A stretch of DNA of 34,674 bases, taken from contig JBOGZB010000207.1 of the NCBI GenBank assembly GCA_050697175.1, positions 1 to 34,674 of the forward strand, written 5' to 3'. This DNA is from Solirubrobacterales bacterium. Lineage in GTDB: Bacteria; Actinomycetota; Thermoleophilia; Solirubrobacterales; 70-9. The notes beneath the pieces were generated by a model. It had not been told where the DNA came from and did no database searches. It saw only the letters and a list, made by a program, of their open reading frames with translations. Numbering within the stretch: position 1 is the first letter of the stretch; the number at the start of each line of letters is the position of its first letter. Of this stretch, positions 24,932 through 31,877 are shown one piece after another. Made by a program: the position numbers and the translations under genes.

Positions 24932-26365
24932 CTAGCCAGGTCGCTCGAGAAGGGCGATGCGGGCCGTCGACCGCCAGGCGGCCGGGGCCAGGGTGAGGCG
25001 CTCGAACATCAGGGCGGCGAGGCCCGCGAGCGCTAGCAAGATGGCGAGGAATGAGAGGGAGATACCTCCGGGGGCCGGGGAGCCGGCGCCCGACGCTCCG
25101 CCGGGGGCGGCGGGCGTGTCCGGAACTGTGGATCCGCCGTTCGCACCGGTGGCATGCGAGGCCTGCCCGGTGGCGGCGAAGCTGTGGGTCAGCGAGGCGG
25201 TCATGGCGCCGCCGGCGAGGGTGACGCCCCGATCGGGGGGTGATGCGAGGCCCGCCGGCGCGGTCGGCTCGCCGACCCGGGGGGCGTCGCCCTGGGCGGG
25301 GCCGGCGAGGCCCTCGGGGTCGGGGCCGGCGACGGGACCGCTCGAAGGTCCGACGGGCGCCGGCGCGGGGGGTTGGGTCGCGATGGGCGGGGTCGGGGCG
25401 GCGGCTCGAGGAACGTGGACCACCGGGGCGACGACGGGGGCGATCGGGTCATGGGGTCCGACGACCGGACCGACGATCGGATCGACCGTGCCGACGACGG
25501 GACCGACGATCGGGTCGGCGATCGGCCTGACCGTGCCGAGGATGGGGTCCGTGATCGGCGTGACGGGCCCGACGATCGGGTCGACCACGTGCCCGACTGG
25601 ATCGGTCACCGACCCGACGATCGGGTTGACGATGCTGGCGACCGGGCCGGTCACCGGGTCTACCACGGGGTCCACCGTGTCGACGACCGGCCCGACTGGC
25701 CCGGTCAGCGAGCCGACCACCGGGTCGACCGGCTTGGTGACCGGATCGACGGCGCCGGTGACAGGCCCGACCACCGAGCTCACCGGCTTGGTGACCTGGC
25801 TGATCGGGCCACCCGGATTGGTCCCCCGGTCGACCGCACCGGTGACCGAGCTCACCGGCTTGGTGACCTGGTCGACCACCGAGCCGGTCGCGTGGGTGAT
25901 CGGATCAGGGGTGGCGTCGGTCGGCGGCTTCGTGGGGGCAGGCGTCGCGTGAACGGGCGGCTTCGGCGCGATCGGCGGTGTCGAAGGTTTGGGTTGGTGG
26001 ACCTGCGGGACCGCCGTGGGCTTCGGAGCCACCGACGCCGCGGGCGGCTTCGGAGCGTTCACCACGGGCGGGGTGGGCGGAGGCGGTGCGCTCGGAGCGG
26101 AGTTCGCCGGCGGGGTGGGGGAGCTCGGTGTGTGCACCTGCGGGACCGCCGCCCGGGCCGCTCCCGCCGCGGTGCTCACCGCAGCGCCCACGGTCCCGGT
26201 CGACACAGGGTTCGCCGGGGTCGCCTTGGCCGCGTTCGTCACCGTCCCAGTTGACGGGACCGCAGCCGAGGCGTTTGCGAAAGAGAGCGCGAACAGGGCG
26301 GCGCTCGCAGCGGCCACCGCGACGAACGGGCGGCGAATCAAGGGCTGATTGATCGAGTGTCGCAA
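24932..26365 (-). CDS. Pro/Val/Thr-rich repeat envelope protein with signal peptide and C-terminal hydrophobic anchor
   Basis: TTG start 26365 (or 26341). Signal FVAVAAASAALFALSFANASA, then a proline-rich spacer. A long array of (D/N)P(I/V)VG(P/S/T)V-type units follows (VDPVVDPVTGPVASIVNPIVGSVTDPVGHVVDPIVGPVTPITDPILGTVRPIADPIVGPVVGTVDPIVGPVVGP). C-terminal segment ISLSFLAILLALAGLAALMF. Confidence 0.75.
   Translation of the reverse strand: MRHSINQPLIRRPFVAVAAASAALFALSFANASAAVPSTGTVTNAAKATPANPVSTGTVGAAVSTAAGAARAAVPQVHTPSSPTPPANSAPSAPPPPTPPVVNAPKPPAASVAPKPTAVPQVHQPKPSTPPIAPKPPVHATPAPTKPPTDATPDPITHATGSVVDQVTKPVSSVTGAVDRGTNPGGPISQVTKPVSSVVGPVTGAVDPVTKPVDPVVGSLTGPVGPVVDTVDPVVDPVTGPVASIVNPIVGSVTDPVGHVVDPIVGPVTPITDPILGTVRPIADPIVGPVVGTVDPIVGPVVGPHDPIAPVVAPVVHVPRAAAPTPPIATQPPAPAPVGPSSGPVAGPDPEGLAGPAQGDAPRVGEPTAPAGLASPPDRGVTLAGGAMTASLTHSFAATGQASHATGANGGSTVPDTPAAPGGASGAGSPAPGGISLSFLAILLALAGLAALMFERLTLAPAAWRSTARIALLERPG
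25773..25871. repeat. 27-nt perfect direct repeat (offset 72 nt) inside the repeat-protein gene
   Basis: accgagctcaccggcttggtgacctgg at 25773..25799 and 25845..25871. Encodes QVTKPVSSV twice. Surrounded by degenerate periodic repeats from about 25440 to 25900. Confidence 0.9.
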
Positions 26366-26630
26366 GCTTGCTCTTCGGGCTGCGGATGCTCCCTGGAGGA
26401 GCGAACGCGGTTGAAAGACGGATACCCGCGCGAAAATAGTCCCTGGTCAAGGACCGTGCGCCGGTTCCTCCGGCCATCGTCGAAGCCGGCTCCGGGCGGG
26501 TTCCGCATACCCCCTGTAAGTGAGGGAAAACAGGCCCCCGTGGGGTCGCTCGCGGCTCGACCTAATCCCTACCTGGAACCTGTTAGCGGAGTCCTGGGGA
26601 TCGGATCGAGCGGATGGCGACCGCTGGGGA

Positions 26631-28064
26631 TCAGCTGTCGAAGCCCAGCCCGAGCCGGTCGAGGAGCCCAAGCCAAAGTCCGCGCCTTCCCTGACGTCGA
26701 TCAGCGGCGGCCAGACGGTTGCGGGTCAGGGCGATGACCGCCCAGCGCAGGGGCTCGGGGGGAAACGGCCAGGGCCGGCGGCGGATGGCGTCGAGCTTTC
26801 CGGATTCGCTCTCGCGACCCTCGAGGAGGTCCAACGCAACGCCGGCCCCGAACCGGCTCGCGCAGACGCCGAGCCCGGTGTGCCCGACCGAGTAGGCGAC
26901 CGCGCCGCGATGGGCGGTTCCATAGAAGGCGAAGAAGCGGCTGCAGGTGTCGATCGCTCCGCCCCACCGGTGCGTGAAGCGGAGACCTTCGAGCTGCGGG
27001 AAGACGGCGAAGAAGTGAGCCGCCAGCCGCGCGGAGCTTCGCTCGCTCTGCTCGAGGCCTGGCCGCTTGCCGCTGCCGTAGTGGTAGACGGCGTCGAAGC
27101 CCCCGAAGAGGATGCGGTCGTCCTGGGTCAGCCGGTAGTAGTGGAACTGGTTGGACGAGTCGGACAGGCCCTGGCGATTCGCCCAGCCGATCGAGGCGAG
27201 CTGCTCGCGCGTCAGGGGCTCGGTGACGAGGACGTAGTCGTAGACGGGAACGATCCGCCGCCTGATCGCGGGCACCAGGCCTCGGGTGGCGCCGCTCGCA
27301 AGCAGGGCCCGGCGTGCCTCGATCGCGCCCTCCCTGGTCTCCAGCCCGACCCCCGGCCCGCGCCGCGTGAGGCGCACCACCTCGGTCTGCTCGAAGACAC
27401 GGATGCCCAGCTCCTGAGCCACCCGGCTAAGGCCCCACGAAAGGCGCGCCGGGTCGAGCATTCCGGCACCCGTCCGGTCGATCATCCCGCCCAGATAGAG
27501 CGGCGAAGCGACCTCGGCCCGGGTCGCCTCGGCGTCGAGGACGGCGACGTCGTGGCCGTAACGCGCGGCCGTCTCGGCCGCCTCTTCGAGCCAATCGACC
27601 TGATGCGGCTCGACCGCGGTGCTGAGTGCCGCCGAGAGCTCGAGGCCGCAATCGATCGACCCGGAGGAGATCAGGTCGCAGACGTCGGCGAAGTTCTCCT
27701 CGCCCAGGCGCTCCAAGGCCTCCATCTGGTCGGGAAATCGCGCCAGGCCGTTCTCCAGCCCGTGGGTGAGCGAGGACTCGAGCAGGCCGCCGTTTCTGCC
27801 GCTCGCCCCAGACGCGATCCGCTCACCCTCGACCACGATCACGCCCAGGCCGGGGTCGCGCTGCTTGGCGAGGACCGCTGCCCAGAGCCCGCTCAGGCCG
27901 GCGCCGACGATCGCCAGGTCGGCCTGCTCTGAGCCGACCAGCGGATCACACGGCTCCGGTCGCAGGGGGGAGTCGAGCCAGAAGGGCAGCCGAGCCGCGT
28001 CCTCCCAGCTCGATCGTGGAGCGCCCTTCGCCTCGGCCCGGTCCCAGACCGTCGCGCGCGTCAC
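26631..28064 (-). CDS. FAD-dependent oxidoreductase (DAO / glycine-D-amino-acid oxidase-like)
   Basis: DLAIVGAGLSGLWAAVLAKQ...VVEGERIASGASGRNGG dinucleotide-binding motif. I prefer GTG 28064 (VTRATVWDR...). ATG 28226 would leave only 11 nt before the divergent gene. Confidence 0.8.
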   Translation of the reverse strand: MTRATVWDRAEAKGAPRSSWEDAARLPFWLDSPLRPEPCDPLVGSEQADLAIVGAGLSGLWAAVLAKQRDPGLGVIVVEGERIASGASGRNGGLLESSLTHGLENGLARFPDQMEALERLGEENFADVCDLISSGSIDCGLELSAALSTAVEPHQVDWLEEAAETAARYGHDVAVLDAEATRAEVASPLYLGGMIDRTGAGMLDPARLSWGLSRVAQELGIRVFEQTEVVRLTRRGPGVGLETREGAIEARRALLASGATRGLVPAIRRRIVPVYDYVLVTEPLTREQLASIGWANRQGLSDSSNQFHYYRLTQDDRILFGGFDAVYHYGSGKRPGLEQSERSSARLAAHFFAVFPQLEGLRFTHRWGGAIDTCSRFFAFYGTAHRGAVAYSVGHTGLGVCASRFGAGVALDLLEGRESESGKLDAIRRRPWPFPPEPLRWAVIALTRNRLAAADRRQGRRGLWLGLLDRLGLGFDS

Positions 28065-28237
28065 CCGACAGGCCGGTAAGGAGGCCTTGGACAGGGCCGC
28101 GCGTCGATCACCGGCACATGCTCCCACCCCGGGGCAAATGGCCCGACCGGCGGGCGCTCCGTGATCCCGGGGGGTGGGGAGCGGGCGCAGCGCGGCTCGG
28201 GCGAGCCGTACGCGTGGAAACGCCATACTGCGCGCCG

Positions 28238-28627
28238 ATGCCGGAGGAGAACCTGGATCTGATCAGGGCCGGATTCGCCGCGCACAATCGCGGAGATCTC
28301 GACGCCCTGGTCGAGCTCTACGACCCCGACGTCGTGTTCGAGACGCTCCTCCTCGGGACCCACCGCGGCAACGAGGCGATCCGCCTGATCTTCGAGGAGA
28401 ACCAGAAGACCCTGTCCGGGTACGACGTCGAGCCCGTCGAGCTGATCGAGGCCGGGGACCAGGTCGTCGCCGTGGCGCGAGTCACCGGAGTGGGGCCCGT
28501 GAGCCAGATGTCGATGGATGGGGGCACGTTCGCCTTCCTGTTCACGGTCAAGGACGGTCGGATCGTGCGAGAGCAGGCCTTCCGAAACCGGGACGAGGCA
28601 ATGGAAGCCGCCGGTCTGCGGGGCTGA
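28238..28627 (+). CDS. SnoaL-like / NTF2-fold protein
   Basis: ATG at 28238. MPEENLDLIRAGFAAHNRGDLDALVELYDPDVVFE is the typical SnoaL-like N-terminus. 129 aa. Confidence 0.75.
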   Translation: MPEENLDLIRAGFAAHNRGDLDALVELYDPDVVFETLLLGTHRGNEAIRLIFEENQKTLSGYDVEPVELIEAGDQVVAVARVTGVGPVSQMSMDGGTFAFLFTVKDGRIVREQAFRNRDEAMEAAGLRG

Positions 28628-28679
28628 CGCGACCGAACGGGTCGGGATGACGTGCCGCAATGGCGAAGCAGGCGCAGCC

Positions 28680-28700
28680 GCCGATCTGACGCTGATCGGC
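28680..28700 (+). terminator. Short hairpin downstream of the SnoaL-like gene
   Basis: GCCGATC TGACGCT GATCGGC (7 bp) followed by CGTTCTGT. Confidence 0.3.
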
Positions 28701-28812
28701 CGTTCTGTAAAAGCTATTACTCCTGGCTTGAACCTGGCCGAACCCTTTGCTTGCGTGTGTCTTGTCCAACGGGGGGGCGCCATCAGACGTGCGCGCCCAA
28801 AAGGAGACCGAA

Positions 28813-29589
28813 ATGCTCAGCAGGAGACCACTCGTCGTTGCCTTGGCTCTCGCGGCGGCCGGAGCACTGGTCGTGGCGGGAATCGCAATGGCGGCGATCA
28901 ACTCGACGGCGACGTTCAAGTTCAGCCCGAACAAGGTGTCGAAGACGACGCCGAAGGCGGGCAAGCTGAACGTCCACACGCACACCAACTACAGCGACGT
29001 GAACAGCCAATACACCGATCGCGCGCAGCTGTACTTCGACAGCGACGTCGTGGTCAACCCGAACGCGCTCGGCAAGTGCAACAAGACGTCGATCTCCGGC
29101 ACCAAGACGATGAAGCAGGCGATGACCGCCTGCGGAAGCAAGCTGATCGGCACGGGCACCGCGTTGGCTGCGGCCGGCGCGAACACCGTTCACGCCTGCG
29201 TCCTGGCGTTCAACGGCTCGGGCACCGGTGGCCACGTGCTGCTGTTCACTCGCGCCAACGTGGCGCCGCCGTTCACGATCAACTGCGCCAACCCGAAGAC
29301 CAACACCGCCGGGAACACCAACGTGCTCCTGGACGGCGCGCTGAAGCCGGCCAACAAGCCCGGCTATGGCAAGTTGCTGGACTTCCAGGGCATCCACGCC
29401 GCATCGGCTCTGCCGCTGACCGACTTCAATGTCACGGTCGGCAAGGGAGCGCCCGGAGCGACCAATGCGACGAACTACGTCAAGGCCAAGTGCAGCCACG
29501 CCAACAAGACGTGGAAGATGCAGACCAAGTTCACGTACAGCGCTGGGACGCAGACCAAGAACGCAACCCAGAAGTGCACGGTCGGCTGA
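28813..29589 (+). CDS. Secreted or membrane-anchored Lys/Asn/Thr-rich six-Cys protein of unknown function
   Basis: AAGGAG lies 6 nt before the ATG at 28813. Signal/anchor MLSRRPLVVALALAAAGALVVAGIAMA. The mature part is rich in K, N and T, which is atypical for this window. Six spaced Cys. I recognise no family. Confidence 0.75.
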   Translation: MLSRRPLVVALALAAAGALVVAGIAMAAINSTATFKFSPNKVSKTTPKAGKLNVHTHTNYSDVNSQYTDRAQLYFDSDVVVNPNALGKCNKTSISGTKTMKQAMTACGSKLIGTGTALAAAGANTVHACVLAFNGSGTGGHVLLFTRANVAPPFTINCANPKTNTAGNTNVLLDGALKPANKPGYGKLLDFQGIHAASALPLTDFNVTVGKGAPGATNATNYVKAKCSHANKTWKMQTKFTYSAGTQTKNATQKCTVG

Positions 29590-29682
29590 GCGGAAGGATT
29601 TCAGCGCTGTAGTCAGCCGGACAAGGCAATCGCGGATTATGTGCTCCTCCTAGCACGTACTCTCTCCCGCGTTGCAGGATGA

Positions 29683-29712
29683 ATGAGGGGTGGCCACGTG
29701 GCCGCCCCTCAT
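29683..29712. terminator. 30-nt near-perfect palindrome with a CACGTG core (strong hairpin, bidirectional terminator or protein site)
   Basis: ATGAGGGGTGGCCACGTGGCCGCCCCTCAT. Fourteen of 15 positions pair as Watson-Crick and the single exception is a G-U-compatible T/G. Followed by CGCTTTCTCTTCC. Lies 93 nt after the stop of the upstream gene. Confidence 0.5.
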
Positions 29713-29856
29713 CGCTTTCTCTTCCCCCTTCGACGGTTGCCTGCCCGGGCGGACCCTGGAAAGCGAGCTCGTCGCACACGGGTGGGCTCGTGCCCGCGCC
29801 TGATCCGAGCTCCGCGGCCAGAGGCGGGTCAGCGTAGGGGACACTATGGTGGTCGC

Positions 29857-30552
29857 GTGGCATCGGTGGTGGGAGTGCTGGTTGAGGACGTTGACCTCGC
29901 AGAGGGGCTGTCCGGGTCGCAGCTGCGCGAGGCTCAGCGTGCCTGCGTGGCAAGGACGGTCCGCGCGCCTCGCGGGACCTGGCGTCGTGCAACGGACCTC
30001 AGCGAACTGGAGCAGGGCTTCGGACTGCTGGTGCTGAGCGGCGTGCTGAGTCGCCGCGTGGGTCGTGACGGCCGATTTGGGGCCGAGTTGCTCGGACCGG
30101 GCGACCTTCTTCGTCCCTGGGACGATCCCGGCGTTCACGCGACTATGGCCTTCACCGCCGACTGGGTTGTCATCAAGCCCGCTCGATTCGCGGTCCTGGA
30201 CATGCAGTTCGCGGCCCGTGCGGCGCGATATCCCGAGCTGGCGGTGCGGCTGATTCAGCGGGCCGTGCTCCGCTCGCGGCGGCTGGCCACGACCGTCGCG
30301 ATCGTTCAGGAGCCGAAGATCGAAACGCGTGTCCACATGCTGTTATGGGAGCTTGCAGAGCGATGGGGAAGGGTTGGCGCCGAAGGCGTTACGCTGTCGC
30401 TGCCCATGACCCATGCGCTCGTTGCTGACATGGCTGCTGCCAGCCGGCCGGCCGTTAGCGCGGGAATCTCCTCGTTGCGTAAGCGTGGCCGCCTGCGTCG
30501 CGACCGGGACGACTGGATCCTTCTCCAGGGACCGCCGGCGGGCCCGCGCTAG
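29857..30552 (+). CDS. Crp/Fnr family transcriptional regulator
   Basis: GTG 29857 (VASVVGVLVEDVDLAEGL) gives 231 aa. Effector-domain-like FGAELLGPGDLLRPWD. C-terminal HTH LSLPMTHALVADMAAASRPAVSAGISSLRKRGRL. The track start at 29683 lies inside the palindrome and is unlikely. Confidence 0.8.
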   Translation: MASVVGVLVEDVDLAEGLSGSQLREAQRACVARTVRAPRGTWRRATDLSELEQGFGLLVLSGVLSRRVGRDGRFGAELLGPGDLLRPWDDPGVHATMAFTADWVVIKPARFAVLDMQFAARAARYPELAVRLIQRAVLRSRRLATTVAIVQEPKIETRVHMLLWELAERWGRVGAEGVTLSLPMTHALVADMAAASRPAVSAGISSLRKRGRLRRDRDDWILLQGPPAGPR

Positions 30553-30617
30553 CCTCGGATCAAATCGGCGGGCGGCCATGTGGCCAGCCGGGGACGAGAC
30601 TAGGGCGTTCACACGTG

Positions 30618-30637
30618 ACTGTCATAGCTATGACAGT
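30618..30637. promoter_or_regulatory. Perfect 20-bp palindrome ACTGTCATAGCTATGACAGT (TGTCA-N6-TGACA), candidate Crp-family operator
   Basis: Checked base by base. Same geometry as the TGTGA-N6-TCACA CRP box. Lies 65 nt after the Crp-like gene stop and 96 nt before ATG 30734. Confidence 0.55.
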
Positions 30638-30733
30638 GGCTCTTGGCTCAGTCGGTGAAGGTGGCTGATCCTTCATACGGGCCCTTGGCGTGGCGGCATC
30701 GCTGCCACGCGTGCCTGCAGCGTTCAGTTTCAC

Positions 30734-31735
30734 ATGACCTACTTGGAGACACAAGGCGGCGGCCCGATGATCACCCATCAGAGCGGGGATGCCCGGGCGG
30801 GAATTGGTGCCGTGTCACTGCCGATCTCGGTGGTGATCCCGGTTCACAACCGGGCCCGCCTGCTGGAGCAGGCCCTCAAGAGCGTTGAGGCGCAAAGGCC
30901 GCGGGGCCCCGCTCAGGTGATCGTTGTTGACGACGCTTCCAGCGACGGCAGTCGCGAGGTCGCTGAGAGGTGGGGGGCTGACGTGATCGTCCACCCCCAC
31001 AACCGCGGTGCCCCGGCTGCATATCAAACCGGCCTGGAGGCAGTCCGCGAGCAGTGGGTCGCTCTGCTGGATTCCGACGACGAATGGCTTCCCCATCATC
31101 TCGACGCCCTGTGGGCGCTGGCGCCGGGGAACGTGTTGGTGGCCTGCTCGTGCCTTGAAGTTGGAGTCGACGGTGATGGGTACGGCTATCACGGCCTGAT
31201 CGGCGATCGACCGGTGATGCTCGACTCGCCCGCCGGGATCCTTTACCCGGAAAACCCGATTCCTTCCAGCGGAGCGATGTTCAGCCGCGATGCGGCCCTG
31301 GCAGTCGGCGGTTTTCGGGAGATGCTTTGCGAGGATCTGGACCTCTGGTGCCGCCTCATGGCCAGGGGACCGGCAACGCTGTCACCGCACGTCGGGATCC
31401 TCTACCGGACGCATGCCGGCCAGATCTCCGCGGATTGGGCGGCGATGCACGCCGCCCACCTCGGGATTATCAGGGAGCTCGCGCGCGGATCGAGGGGATC
31501 GCACGGCGACCTGTTCGAGCGGCGCTCGGGGGTGAGCGCATGGGATCGCTTTCGGGTCAGGCGGAGAGCACGTAACCCGGGCGCCCGCCGCGATCTCGTC
31601 GCGGAGCTGCTTCGGCACCCGCGGCGGGCGTTGGGAGTGATCGATGTACTGGGTCATAGACTCGCGACCAGCCGACGCGCCAGTCACCTGGTGCGCGAGG
31701 GGCCGCTCTCGTCGCCCCCGCGATCGCCCCGATAA
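30734..31735 (+). CDS. GT2 family glycosyltransferase
   Basis: ISVVIPVHNRARLLEQALKSVEAQ...VIVVDDASSDGS...LLDSDDEW (DxD). ATG 30767 is an alternative start. Confidence 0.85.
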   Translation: MTYLETQGGGPMITHQSGDARAGIGAVSLPISVVIPVHNRARLLEQALKSVEAQRPRGPAQVIVVDDASSDGSREVAERWGADVIVHPHNRGAPAAYQTGLEAVREQWVALLDSDDEWLPHHLDALWALAPGNVLVACSCLEVGVDGDGYGYHGLIGDRPVMLDSPAGILYPENPIPSSGAMFSRDAALAVGGFREMLCEDLDLWCRLMARGPATLSPHVGILYRTHAGQISADWAAMHAAHLGIIRELARGSRGSHGDLFERRSGVSAWDRFRVRRRARNPGARRDLVAELLRHPRRALGVIDVLGHRLATSRRASHLVREGPLSSPPRSPR

Positions 31736-31830
31736 CCCGCGGGGTGGTGGCTCACGGGCCCTTCGACCCTCCTTTGAGCCGGCGAACGATCTAGGGCAAT
31801 TCGAGTCCCGACGCCGACCGCCCTAGGCTG

Positions 31831-31855
31831 GATGCCCGACAGGATTCGAACCCGT
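31831..31855 (-). other. tRNA-like 3' fragment (T-arm plus acceptor 3' strand)
   Basis: Minus strand reads ACGGG TTCGAAT CCTGT CGGGCAT C. GGTTCGAATCC is the canonical T-loop word. A 5' partner ATGCTCG (31898..31892) could close a 7-bp acceptor stem, but no D-arm or anticodon arm can be drawn. Confidence 0.4.
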
Positions 31856-31877
31856 GACGGGTGCTAGGTTCGGGGAC

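Noticed and set aside
25440-25900. Periodic short repeats that might be taken for a CRISPR-like or tandem-repeat array.
   Set aside because: Periodicity is in multiples of 3 within one long open frame. The units are degenerate with no unique spacers, and they encode the DP(I/V)VGPV protein repeats.
26366-26630. Possible c-di-AMP (ydaO-type), guanidine-I (ykkC-type) or ZTP riboswitch in the leader.
   Set aside because: Only isolated words resemble remembered consensus blocks (GGUAGGGAU, GGAGGAACC, GCUAAC, GGUUCC). Their order and spacing do not fit any of these families, and the downstream gene is not a typical target. Kept only as an unassigned structured leader.
29608-29623. A second CRP-like site, TGTAGTCAGCCGGACA (TGT-N10-ACA), downstream of the secreted orphan gene.
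   Set aside because: Only the outer TGT/ACA triplets are symmetric. A match this weak is expected by chance.
29683-29856. ATG 29683 as the start of the Crp-like protein (289-aa version).
   Set aside because: The ATG is part of the 30-nt palindrome. The extra 58 residues are Arg/Pro-rich and unlike Crp N-termini. GTG 29857 gives a family-typical length.
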